From NCBI GenBank assembly GCA_023205875.1, contig CP060755.1, forward strand, positions 620,001 through 684,000: a DNA stretch of 64,000 bases. Direction: 5' to 3'. Each line of letters starts with the position of its first letter. Within the stretch, counting starts at the first letter, position 1. The translations under genes were made by a program, and so were the position numbers. The notes under the pieces were generated by a model that saw only the letters and a list, made by a program, of their open reading frames with translations, was not told the origin of the DNA and did not search any database. Of this stretch, positions 21,991 to 32,335 are shown in pieces. Source of the DNA: Chloropicon primus. Lineage: Eukaryota.

Positions 21991-23874
21991 ATGGGAGCCT
22001 CGGTCAGGTCCGAGCTCAGTTCCCTCTTGCGCGGCATCAAGCCTCGGAAGAAACGTGCGGCGCAAGCGGCGACGGCATCGGCATTGGTATCGGCAACGCA
22101 CGACGACGCCCATGCTCCTGCTCCCCGTGTTGGTGGTGCGGGTTCCGTCCAAGGGAAGGAGAGGAAGCAGGCCAAGGCCGCCAAGGTGAAGATCTTGGGT
22201 GACGGTCTATCGGGGACCAGCAAGGCGGGAGTCGACACCTTCGGTGGTCTGGCGGACCACAAGGCATTGAAGATACCGGCGTGGCTTGCGAGGGGGGCTC
22301 AACTCTGCACCAATGAGGGAGAGAGGTTGTCGGGGCTCGGGGACAATGCAGAGGGGATTGTTGGGGATGTCGGCCTGACGGAGATCCAGCGGCACGCGAT
22401 TCCGGTGGCGATAGAGGGGCGAGATCTCCTCGCCGTAGCGCCGACGGGATCGGGCAAAACGCTTGCCTTCCTCGTGCCCTCCGTTGCACTCTCGGTGAGA
22501 GCGAAGAAGGCGGAGAGAAGCAAGGCGCTCAAGGCGGGGAGGGGAAGCAGCCTTGGGACCAGTGACGCGGATGGTGAGCCCACGACGCCTGTGAGGGGCG
22601 GGGGAAAGGGGAGCAAGGGGCCTTACGCCGTGCTGGTGAGTCCGACGAGGGAGCTGGCCTCCCAGACGTACCGCGAGTTGCGCAGGCTCTTGCTGAAAAC
22701 GCCCAAGAAGAAGCGGTTGAACGTCCAGCTTCTCACGAATTCGAACACGAGAGGCCCCCAGGAAGGCGATAAGGTGGATGGATCGGAGAAAGCCAAGAGG
22801 ATCAGTGCCGACATTGTGGTGTCGACCCCGCCGAGACTGGCTCACGCCATCAGCGAAGGCGCCGTGAAGCTGTCAAGGGCGAGAATGCTGGTGCTGGACG
22901 AGGCGGACAAGCTCTTCAGCGACGACACTTTCCTGGAGAACATCGACGCCGTGATGTCCTCGTGCACTCACAAGCGGCTCAGGCGTTGCATTTACACGGC
23001 CACTCTTCCCGAGACAGCGGAAGAGATGCTGAGGAATGTAATGAGGCAGCCGGTGCGCATCACCGTCGGGGAAAGGAACGCCGCGAACTCTTTGGTGAAG
23101 CAGAGCTTGATCTTCTGCGGAGTGGAGGGGGACAAAGGATCTGCCAAGGGGAAGGGAAAAAAGGAGTCCGGCAGCACCTACATTTCTGGCAAGCTTGCTG
23201 CAATCAGGCAACTCGTCGCGAGCGGGAAGTTGATTCCGCCCGTCCTCGTCTTTGTCCAGTCCAAGGACAGGGCAACCCAGCTGTACGAAGCACTTCGTTT
23301 TGACGGCATGAACATCGATGGTAAGTAAACCTTTAAGAAGGCAACGACAACCAAGGGGGTTCGATAGATAGATAGATAGAGAGAGAGAGAGAAGAGAAGA
23401 GAGTACTGACTCGGAATTTTTCATCTTCACATGGTTTGGAACGCAGTGATTCATGCGGGCAGGACAGCAAAGGAGAGGGCCAGGGCTGTGCAGAACTTTC
23501 GATCCGGCTCCACGTGGATTCTGATCACCACTGATCTCATGGCGAGGGGCATGGACATTCTTGGCGTGAATACTGTGGTGAACTTTGACTGTCCGGGGGT
23601 TCGTTCTGACTACGTGCACCGTGTAGGAAGGACAGGGCGGGCCGGCCACGAAGGGAATTGCTTCACTCTGTACACGGAGGAGGACTTCGGATCGCTTCAC
23701 ATGATTGCGAGCTGCATGAAGACCTCTGGCAACGAGGCGCCAGAGTGGATGCTAAAGATTCCAAGGAAGCACGGAGGTCAAGCGAAAAAGTACGTCCCCC
23801 CAAAGAGGAAAGACATCATCACCGACGCCAAGGCGACGGCTGCGAAGAGGAGAAAGACTGGAAAGAAGAAGTAA
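21991..23874 (+). CDS. DDX52: DEAD-box RNA helicase ROK1/DDX52 (intron 23321-23446)
   Basis: APTGSGKT, PTRELA, DEADKLF, PPVLVFVQSKDRA, WILITTDLMARGMD, YVHRVGRTGRAG. Confidence 0.9.
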
Positions 23875-23951
23875 GTCATATTTGTTTTGTACAAAAAGTT
23901 GTTGTTTAGTTTACATACTTATATGAACAGACCTGCTCAGAGTCAAGAGTC

Positions 23952-24584
23952 TCACCACCTGCGCCGGAGCTGCGTTCTGAGATCATTCGGCGACTTCTGT
24001 CGGTGGTCCTCTCTGCCCCTCTTCGCGGACTTGTTCTTGTTCTTGTACATGTACCTGCACTCCGAGTGGTGGTGCGTGTCCTCTCCGCAACAAGCACAAG
24101 TGATGAATCCCTGGTAGTCACCACCACCGCTTCCCCCCCTCTTCTTGTCATTCACTGCGCCCCCTGCCACGTTGCAGGACAAGTGCCCCTTCTTGCCGCA
24201 GTCAATGCAAGTCACCAGCGCCAAGTCCTTGGTGTGATACTCAAAGGAGCACTTCTTGGCATCGAACTCGTGCTCATTGGAGTTGGCACAGTTCCTGCTG
24301 CCGCACCTCAAGCAGATCCGATACACGGCTCTCGCCTCGCGACACTCGCGCGCCGTGTGTCCCGGCTTGAGACATCTGTAGCACAGGGTGTTCGGGCACT
24401 CGGCCCTCACGTGTCCGAACTGTCCGCAAAGAAAACATGGCTTCTGGGTGGCATCGTAGGGACAATCCCTCAAAATGTGGCCCGCTCCGCCGCAGCGGTA
24501 GCACCTTCTCACGCGTCTCTCCCACTCGGTCTCCGGGTCGAAGTACCGCGGAACCCTGTCCGCTATCGGAGTCGTCGCCGTCAT
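23952..24584 (-). CDS. multi-CCHC zinc-knuckle protein (AIR1/2-ZCCHC7-like, TRAMP-associated)
   Basis: PRYFDP followed by ~5 CX2CX4HX4C knuckles. An upstream exon cannot be excluded. Confidence 0.75.
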   Translation of the reverse strand: MTATTPIADRVPRYFDPETEWERRVRRCYRCGGAGHILRDCPYDATQKPCFLCGQFGHVRAECPNTLCYRCLKPGHTARECREARAVYRICLRCGSRNCANSNEHEFDAKKCSFEYHTKDLALVTCIDCGKKGHLSCNVAGGAVNDKKRGGSGGGDYQGFITCACCGEDTHHHSECRYMYKNKNKSAKRGREDHRQKSPNDLRTQLRRRW

Positions 24585-25089
24585 CTCTCTCCTCCACTCC
24601 ACGGCGTCTGATCTTCACAGAGTCACCAGTTCGCAGCGCGCGCGCGGACGGCGACGAGGCTCCCTCCTCGGTGCGAAACCCTAATGGAGAAGGAGTTGAA
24701 AACGGGAGTGAGATTTAACGCCCGGGTTCGTCGCACGACAAGGGAGAGGGAAGGTGTTGTTGTCGAGGACTTTGCGCACGGACGGGGACGGCGAAGGGGA
24801 GAAGGTGTTGAAAGAACGGAAGCGCATCTCAAGGGCTTTCGATTGATACCTCGGTTGAAGGTTTTGGCGCACGGAGTGGTCCTCTCGCTCGCTCGCTCTC
24901 TTTGCTACGACAGGCGTTACAGGAGGAGGTTGCCTCGAAGTTTGTTTCGTGAGTTGTTGGCTCGGTTGTGTGACGAGGAAGAGAAAGGCAAGTCTTCGTC
25001 GAGCTGCGCAGTGTCGTGCGGTGCTTTGTTTCATCATGAGGCGTCCCACGAGACAGATATGCTGGACACGCACCAGGTCGACGGCGGCG

Positions 25090-26262
25090 ATGATCGCGGC
25101 GGCGAGGGCCGACGACGGTGGTGATGACGACAAGGGAGGGTTGTCCCCAGGTGCCATGGACATGGACGTGGACGGAGAGTATTTGGCGAGCTTCGTGACG
25201 GGCTCTACGACGATCATCGAAGAGGAGAGTGACAGTGAGGAGGATAGTGGTGGTGCGGGTTCGTCCTTCCAACCTGAGCCAGCAGAGGTGACTATGATGG
25301 GAGGCAACGCACGTCCTATCAAGACTAGGAATGGAAAGAGAACGCTTGTGGCTGCCATCTACCTCGTTCTTCAAGATGCGGGAGAGAGCTTGCGTGTCAA
25401 AGAGATCCTTGGCCGGATCCGGGCCAAGAAGTTGTATGTGTTCAGGCGTATGGATGGTTCTGTTCATACTGATCCGAAGAAAATGCGGAGAACTGTCAGC
25501 TCTACTTGTTCAAGGAGCCCCCGCTTTCTTCGCACTGCACGTGGAACTCATGCCATTGCCAAGAAATACTTGAATGGGTCTAATACTCAAGGTGCTGTCA
25601 GCATCTCACCGCTTCGGGATGTCGTCTATCGCGTTCTTCAAGATGCGGGAGGGAGCTTGCACGTGAAGGAGATCTTTGGTCGGATCCGGGCCAAGAAGCT
25701 ATATGTGTTCAGGCGGAAAGATGGTTCTGTTCATACTGATCCGAAGAGAATGCGGAACGCTGTCAGCTCTGCTTGTGCACATGGCCCCCGCTTTGTTCGC
25801 ATTGCATACGGAAGATATGCCATCGCCAAGGAATACTTGAATCAATCATCCGCCGACAACCTCAATAAGCAGAATTCCAACACCACGACCAACAACAACA
25901 TGAAGACGACGAGATCTCCTTCTCCTTCTCCCTATGCTTTGGATTTGAGAGAGGCTCTCGAGTCCGGCCTGATGACGGAGGAGGAGTACGCCGAAGCCGT
26001 GCAGGAGGCCCAGCGTTATGACAGCAAGTCGCCGGAGAAGAAGAGGGAGATCGCGGACTACAACGAGGCGTTGAGGATCATCTTTGCGGACGCATCTCTT
26101 AAGCTGAGCGACAAGGAACAATGTATTGTGAAGAGAGAGTACCTCGGAAGAGGTCGGGCTCTGCAAGGCTCCTCGTCCTCCGTCGTCGAAGAGAACAAGA
26201 TCACGAAGCAAGACGGCCACTTCCATCGTCAAGGTCAAGCAGGAAGAGTGAGGTGGGAGTGA
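25090..26262 (+). CDS. hypothetical protein with two tandem HARE-HTH-like winged-helix repeats
   Basis: Acidic N-terminus, then two ~70 aa copies of [AI/VV]Y.VLQDAG.SL.VKEI.GRIRAKKLY...PRF.R.A.G..AIAK.YLN. Start codon uncertain (25090 or 25156). Confidence 0.65.
   Translation: MIAAARADDGGDDDKGGLSPGAMDMDVDGEYLASFVTGSTTIIEEESDSEEDSGGAGSSFQPEPAEVTMMGGNARPIKTRNGKRTLVAAIYLVLQDAGESLRVKEILGRIRAKKLYVFRRMDGSVHTDPKKMRRTVSSTCSRSPRFLRTARGTHAIAKKYLNGSNTQGAVSISPLRDVVYRVLQDAGGSLHVKEIFGRIRAKKLYVFRRKDGSVHTDPKRMRNAVSSACAHGPRFVRIAYGRYAIAKEYLNQSSADNLNKQNSNTTTNNNMKTTRSPSPSPYALDLREALESGLMTEEEYAEAVQEAQRYDSKSPEKKREIADYNEALRIIFADASLKLSDKEQCIVKREYLGRGRALQGSSSSVVEENKITKQDGHFHRQGQAGRVRWE
25366..25842 (+). repeat. intragenic direct repeat: 25366-25575 and 25633-25842 (period 267 bp)
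   Basis: Both units begin gttcttcaagatgcggga, share cggatccgggccaagaag and gatggttctgttcatactgatccgaaga, and end aatacttgaat. Confidence 0.9.
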
Positions 26263-26332
26263 AGTGCGCAGAGCGAAAAAAACCCAATAATGCCTACCGT
26301 CACCCCATAGAAACGTTTACTCCTTGATTACA

Positions 26333-27259
26333 CTATAACTTTTGTCTTTTGACTGGGGCCTGCATGACCACGGTTTTCGAGGAAAGCTTTGGCTTGTCGA
26401 AGCCAAGCTGCGAGGAGCTTCCCCCGGCCCCACCCATCACGGGATTGGTGCTTTGCAGGAGCTCCGTTCGCTTCTCCTCAAGCTCTTCGAGAATCCCCTC
26501 GAGCTCCCCAGGCTTCGCGTCCGTCTTCCTCAGGACGGAGATGGCTTTCTGGACCTCCTCCGCCGCTTCCCTCATGATCCCCGCCTTGGAGCTCGGGTCC
26601 TTTGCCGACAGCTGGAGGGCGAGGCAGAGCTTGTAGTGGATCTCCGCGAGGTTCCTCTCGGCGCCACTCACGCCCTCGAGGGTCTTGAGGGCACTCTTGA
26701 AGTCCGAGATTGACGTCTCGAAATCCTCCCTCTCCATGCTGAGCTCGGCGAGGGCCGTGTACACGTCCGCGACCTCCCTCTCGTGCCCCTCCTCCTTGGC
26801 GTAGATCAAGCGCGCCGTCTCCAGGTTCCTCCACGCGAGCTCCATGTCGTTCTCCTCCTCCTCGACGTCGTCCTCCTCCCCCTCGACCTCCTCCACGTTC
26901 TCGTCAGCCTCCTCGTTCTCCTTCCCTCCCCCCTGCTCCTTCTGCTCGTCCTCCTTGAGCTGCTTGATGGCCTTCTCGACCATAGCCTTCTGCACCGGCG
27001 CACCGAACACGTCGTTCTCCAGCTTCGCCTTGGAGAAGAGCGCCAACCCGTAGTTGTAGAACGCCGGGGCGCACTCCGCAGACAGCTCGCCGTACTTGCC
27101 GCACCTGTACTCCAGAACTTGCGTCAGCAAGTCTATGGCCTCCTCGCACACCTCTGGCGTAGCCTCCGTCGCGTTAATGATCTCCAGAGCCTTTTGGTAC
27201 CTCTTCTTGTCCTCCTCCTCCTCCTTCGTCACCGCAACCGCCGCCTTCCCCTTCTCCAT
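26333..27259 (-). CDS. NASP: NASP/Sim3 histone H3 chaperone (SHNi-TPR)
   Basis: YGELSAECAPAFYNYGLALF, acidic insert, DMELAWRNLETARLIY, LAELSMERE, RNLAEIHYKLCLAL. Confidence 0.9.
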   Translation of the reverse strand: MEKGKAAVAVTKEEEEDKKRYQKALEIINATEATPEVCEEAIDLLTQVLEYRCGKYGELSAECAPAFYNYGLALFSKAKLENDVFGAPVQKAMVEKAIKQLKEDEQKEQGGGKENEEADENVEEVEGEEDDVEEEENDMELAWRNLETARLIYAKEEGHEREVADVYTALAELSMEREDFETSISDFKSALKTLEGVSGAERNLAEIHYKLCLALQLSAKDPSSKAGIMREAAEEVQKAISVLRKTDAKPGELEGILEELEEKRTELLQSTNPVMGGAGGSSSQLGFDKPKLSSKTVVMQAPVKRQKL

Positions 27260-27600
27260 CGCGCAGTCCTCTCTCTCTCTCTCTCTCTCTCTTGTGCTCT
27301 CTCGTCTGAGCAACCTATCCTTGGCATGGCATGGCACAGACACCAAAGCAAAACGATCTCGTTTCAGTCTTCTCCCATGCTCCACAGAGCGTCGTTCCTC
27401 TCAACATAGTAACCAAACGAAAGATCGTGACGAGGAGAAGGCTCCAACGAAGCTTTCCCTCCCCTTGTCACTCACCCACTTGCCCTCCTCCCGTCCTGAA
27501 CTCACCTCCGATCGATTCGATCGATCGCCTCCGTCTCTGTCGTTTCTTCTTCGTTGCATTTCACGCGGGAAAAAATCTCTCTCGCCGAGAAACCCTACAG

Positions 27601-27604
<4 letters not shown>

Positions 27605-27648
<44 letters not shown>
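27605..27648 (+). repeat. (GA)n microsatellite followed by (GATC)4, in the NASP/BET divergent intergenic region
   Basis: Read directly. Similar AG/CT tracts occur at ~13255, ~16326, ~20212 and ~50840. Confidence 0.95.
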
Positions 27649-27652
<4 letters not shown>

Positions 27653-27843
27653 TCGATCGATCGATCGGCAAGGGCGGAGGTGAAGAGGAAGGGGAGGAGG
27701 AGAGGACAACACGAACAGAATCTTCTTTTCGTGATCATTCGTTGGACTCGTCGCTCAAGGGAAGCGGCGTTGTGGTGAGGACACACAGACAGAGTTTGTG
27801 AGAGAGGGGAGTGTCTGGTGGGCCAAGGAGGCCAGCAGGTGTT

Positions 27844-29022
27844 ATGGTGGATGACGCCAAGGTGAAGAGGCTGTGCGAGGAGGCCGACAGGGAGTGGAGG
27901 AAGAACATCAAGAGGAAGATATGCGACGCTTCGGTGGTGACGGACCAGATCGCGGAGCGGGCGATCAAGCTTCTCAGGGACCAGAACGTGAGGTTGGCAA
28001 CGTCGAAGAGCTCCACGCCTGCTGTGGCGCTGGTGGACGAGGCGGGCCTGGAGAAGATGGCGAACGACAAGGGGATATGCGCTGTGGCCGAGAAGCGGCT
28101 GGCCATCCTCGCGAACAAGGCGACGCTCCTTATCCTGGAGAGGTTGATGTCCCACAAGTGGGCGTGGCTGTTTAACGAGCCCGTGAACGCGGAGGAGCTG
28201 AACTTGAAGGACTACCACACGATAGTCAAGAAGCCGATGGCCTTGAGCACGGTCAAGAACCGCGCCCAGCTCGGCCTCTACAAGACGGCCACGGAGGCCG
28301 CGAGCGACATACGGCTCGTCTTTGAGAACGCCCAGCTCTACAACAAGCCGGGCTCGGACGTGAACATCATGGCCTCGGCCATGCTGGAAAAGTTCGAGGA
28401 GCTCTGGCACAGCAAAGTCACGCAGAAGTTCAACGAGGACGAGGCCATGGCCAAGCAGGAGGAGAGCGTCGCGAGGAAGAAGAGGGTGGACGCGCTGAAG
28501 GCCCAGCAGAACGGGGTTTTCCGACAGAAGTGCCTGAGCTACGAGAGGCTGCTGTGCGACGTGGAGAGCTACCTGGTCGACGTGCAGCAGCAAGTTATCG
28601 TAAGCTGCAAGCCGGTTGCTAGGGAGAAGAGGAAGCGGGCCCAGGACCTCCTGCAGACGCTTCCCTTCGAGAAAGTGAAGCCGGCGCTCGGGGTGGTGCT
28701 GCAGAGGTACCCGGAGATGCTGAACACGTCAACGCAGGAGATGGAGGTTGACCTGAACAAGGTGGACCCCCTGACCCTCCGGCACGTCCTCTTGCTGCTT
28801 TCCAAGGCGGAAAAGGAGGACGCGAAGAGGGAAGGGATGGAGGGCACCCCCGTCGAGGAGGACGACGGCGCGGTGAAGGACGATTTGAGAGCCTGGGTGA
28901 ACACGATGTGCAAACTCGTGAAGCTGAAGCACGGGGACGTGGGGGACAACAAAAATCTTGCCCGAGGGGAGGAAGGGCGCAAAGGGCCTCTCGAGGGCAG
29001 TCGGTTGAACATCACCACGTAG
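27844..29022 (+). CDS. bromodomain + ET (BET/GTE1-6-like) protein
   Basis: HKWAWLFNEPV, DYHTIVKKPM, DIRLVFENAQLYN..GSDV; C-terminal ET-like EKRK...EMEVDLNKVDPLTL. Confidence 0.88.
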   Translation: MVDDAKVKRLCEEADREWRKNIKRKICDASVVTDQIAERAIKLLRDQNVRLATSKSSTPAVALVDEAGLEKMANDKGICAVAEKRLAILANKATLLILERLMSHKWAWLFNEPVNAEELNLKDYHTIVKKPMALSTVKNRAQLGLYKTATEAASDIRLVFENAQLYNKPGSDVNIMASAMLEKFEELWHSKVTQKFNEDEAMAKQEESVARKKRVDALKAQQNGVFRQKCLSYERLLCDVESYLVDVQQQVIVSCKPVAREKRKRAQDLLQTLPFEKVKPALGVVLQRYPEMLNTSTQEMEVDLNKVDPLTLRHVLLLLSKAEKEDAKREGMEGTPVEEDDGAVKDDLRAWVNTMCKLVKLKHGDVGDNKNLARGEEGRKGPLEGSRLNITT

Positions 29023-29149
29023 AGGTGCAGTGCGGCGTGTAAACAAATAATAGTTTTCTTCTTTGTAAAAGTAGCAGCGATAAAGTTAAATTAAACCTTA
29101 AAGAAGAATAATTTCCCGTAGCCCCCCCCCTGTCCTCCCCCCGTCCTCC

Positions 29150-30511
29150 TCACCGGTATGTGACCACGATGCCGTCGTGGATCCTGGTCCTTTGCACTTG
29201 CGCAATGCACTCAGCGATCCACATGATATTCCTGATCTCCTGCTCCTTGAGCTTGAAGTAGGAATAAAACACCCCGTAGTGGAACTGCTCCTGAAAGGTG
29301 TCCCTGCACATGTTCATCTCCTTGTCGTACCAGAACTTGTCGAGCATCTGGTTCCCGTCGTAGCGCATCTGAAGGAAGGAAGAAAAGAAAACACACACGA
29401 CCAAGTTTTTGCGCGCGTCAGTGGGAAAGTCATCGTCCCCCCCCCGCGCGCGTGGACTCACCTTGCTCACGATATCCGAGTACGACGGGTACCCGTCCAG
29501 CACCGAAGTGATTTGCTCGACGTCCTGAGCGGTTGCCAGGAATTTTCCGGCGCTGGGATAGAGCTGCCCAAAGTCCGTGAACAGCTTCATCTTGTCGTCG
29601 ACCGTCAAGTCCGTGTGCAAACTGTTGATCGCGATGCTGATCGTCCTCCTGTCGGCCTCGAAGTTCAGCAGGTGCTCCATCAGTCGAGAAGTGGTCGAGT
29701 TGAAGCCCTTGCAGTACGTCACAAAGTCCTTCAAGTAAGCCTTGTACAGCGTGTTCCTCAGGATCTCTATGTTCATCTCGTCCAGGTCCTCGGAGGACAA
29801 GTTCTCCGAAAAGTACTTTGCGAGCGGCGTGTCGATCAGAACGATCTTGTAAATGTCTTGCACGTTCTGGGCCACAGCCAGCGAGGCGATCCCGTCGAAC
29901 ATTCCCAGGGGGTGGCACTTCTCCAGGAGCTCCTGCACGTCTCGATCGTGAAGCGTTCCCGTGACGATGAGCACGACGTTGTCTATCATGTGCCCGTACG
30001 TGCAGTACTCGAGGAACGTGGACAGGGGAGCCTCCGAGTTGCACCGCAGGTAGTTGAACTCATCCAGGAACTGGTCCACGCACCTCTCCACGAGGGTTGT
30101 CGGGTGGAGGTTCGAGGACTCGTTCTGCAGGAACTTGCCGTAGCACGTTCCGGACAGCTGCAGCTTCAGGTCGTCCAGGGTCTCGCACTCGCACAAGTTG
30201 TTGTAGTCGCTCGTCGTCAACAGCTCTGACAGAAACCCTCGGAGGATGGCCTCTGCCAAGTCATTCAAAGAGAGTTGGCGACGGGGGTGGAGACAGAGAT
30301 TGGGAGAGAGAGAGACAAAGAGAAAGAAAGAGTCACAATGGCAGAAACGCTCGTCAGCACACGTCTACGTGCTTCGTCCTCGACCTTGGCGACGACCCCA
30401 GAGGCCTCTGGCAGACACCTTTGGGGCCAAACTCTTCCCTCGCCTCGCGTCGCCTCGCGCCGTTCACTCACCAAGAAAGCCATCTTTGGCGTTGAAGTAA
30501 AGAGCTTCCAT
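29150..30511 (-). CDS. VHA-d: V-type ATPase V0 subunit d (introns 30253-30471 and 29369-29461)
   Basis: Exon 1 MEALYFNAKDGFL splices to EAILRG..LLTTSDYNNL; HMIDNV, CHPLGMF, EMNIEILRNTLYKAYL, FHYGVFYSY.KLKEQEIRNIMWIAECI. Confidence 0.95.
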
Positions 30512-31108
30512 GCCGTCCCCTCTTCGAACAAAACCCTCCAAGGAGAAGCAGCACCACAAACCAAATCAAATCAAATCAATGATGGACAAGGCCAAGTCAC
30601 ACACACACAAAACTGCGAATGCTAAGGAGGAGGGTATCGCGGAAGCAACACGAAAGGATGACAGGATGCACCTCGCCCTTGCCAAAGTCAATGGAATGGA
30701 GATGAAAACGGATGTTGCGGATGTTGTGGATGCTCGTCCCCGTCCTGGCGTGGTGCTCTCTCTCTCCCCTCTCTCTCTCTGAGTTTTTCGTCTTCCTGGG
30801 TTTCCCTCACCTTGACTCTGAGATTTCGTTCCGGGAGGATCTCATCAATCGACGACGGCTGGATAAGACGCCACCAAAGGTAAGCGACGACGAGGACGAC
30901 GAGGACGAGGACGACGAGGACGACGCGTGCGCGGTCCCGTCCGAAGGTTCTCCTCTCCTTGTGCACTCGCCTCTCGAAATGCTGACGAACGAACTCGCGC
31001 GCTCCGTTGCTTTGGTTTGGCTTGCTCCTCTGATGTAGGTAGTTTGGTTTGGGTTTTGGTTTTGCCATTGATTGTTTTTGTTCGAGCAAGGCGTCCGTCG
31101 GTGGAAGG

Positions 31109-32335
31109 ATGTCGGCGAGACAGGTGACGCGAGCGAAGGCAAGTACTGTGTGGTGCTCCGCGGGTGTTCCGTCCAGAAGGGTGGCGACCTGGCCAGCAAG
31201 AGGTAACGCGACCTCGCTGCACGGGAGAGGAAACGTCCTTGTGCCTGGGAGGCACGGTGGTGTCCTGGTGGCCAAGGCCAAGGCCGCGTCCGCTGAAGGG
31301 TCGAAAGCAGGGTTGAAGTCTCCGCTGAGGACGGGACCGCCGAGGCTGGCTCTCCCCTCCAAGGGGCGGATGGCGGAGGACACGTTGAGCCTGCTCAAGT
31401 CCTGTCAGCTCGCCGTCCGCAAGCCCAACCCAAGGCAGTACGTCGCCGAGGTTCCCAACCTTCCTGGGCTGGAGGTGTGGTTCCAGAGGGCTAGCGACAT
31501 CGTTCGAAGGCTCAACTACGGCGACGTGGACATCGGGTTCATCGGCTACGACATGTTCCACGAGTTCGCGGACGGAAACGACGACTTGGTGATCGTCCAC
31601 GACGCCCTGCGGTACGGTGGCTGCCACCTGGCCCTCGGCGTGCCGACCAAGGGAGACTTTGCGAGCGTCCACTCCATGGAGGACCTCAAGGGGATGGGGT
31701 GGTCCAAGGAGAACCCCCTCAAGGTGGTGACCGGGTACCACAACACCGCCAAGGCTTTCTTTGCTGAGAACGGCATGGCCGACTCGGTCACCTTCCTGGC
31801 GGCGGACGGGGCCCTGGAGGCGGCGCCTTACATGGGCTGCGCGGACATCATCCTCGACCTCGTCAGCACCGGGACGACGTTGAGGGAGAACAACCTTAGG
31901 GAAATCATCGGGGGGAGGGTAATAGAGAGCGAGGGCATCATGGTGGCGTCCAAGAGAGCCCTCAAGGAGAGGCCGGGGCTCCTGGAGATCGTGAAGCAAA
32001 TTCTCGAGAGGCTGGAGGCGCACCTCACGGCGGAGGAGTACTTCTACGTCACCACGAACATCAGGGCCGACTCGGAGGCGGAGATCGCCAAGGCGATGCT
32101 CGACAACGGCGTCGGGGGACTCCAGGGTCCCACGGTCTCCAGAGTCTTCTCCAGCGGCCTGAGGTCCCAGTCCCTGTTCGCGGCCTCCGTTTGCGTGAGG
32201 AAGAAGAACTTGCACGACGTCATCAAAACTCTGAGACAGATGGGGGGCACCGGAGTCCTCGTGTCGGAGCTCACGTACATCTTCGACGAGGAGCCTTGGA
32301 GGTGGACCGAGCTTCTGAAAAAGCTGGAAGAGTAA
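31109..32335 (+). CDS. HISN1: ATP phosphoribosyltransferase, plastid-targeted (long-form HisG)
   Basis: Ser/Arg/Ala-rich transit peptide, RLALPSKGR, WFQRASDIV, GALEAAP.MG.AD.I.DLVSTGTTLRENNL, GLQGPTVS. Confidence 0.95.
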   Translation: MSARQVTRAKASTVWCSAGVPSRRVATWPARGNATSLHGRGNVLVPGRHGGVLVAKAKAASAEGSKAGLKSPLRTGPPRLALPSKGRMAEDTLSLLKSCQLAVRKPNPRQYVAEVPNLPGLEVWFQRASDIVRRLNYGDVDIGFIGYDMFHEFADGNDDLVIVHDALRYGGCHLALGVPTKGDFASVHSMEDLKGMGWSKENPLKVVTGYHNTAKAFFAENGMADSVTFLAADGALEAAPYMGCADIILDLVSTGTTLRENNLREIIGGRVIESEGIMVASKRALKERPGLLEIVKQILERLEAHLTAEEYFYVTTNIRADSEAEIAKAMLDNGVGGLQGPTVSRVFSSGLRSQSLFAASVCVRKKNLHDVIKTLRQMGGTGVLVSELTYIFDEEPWRWTELLKKLEE

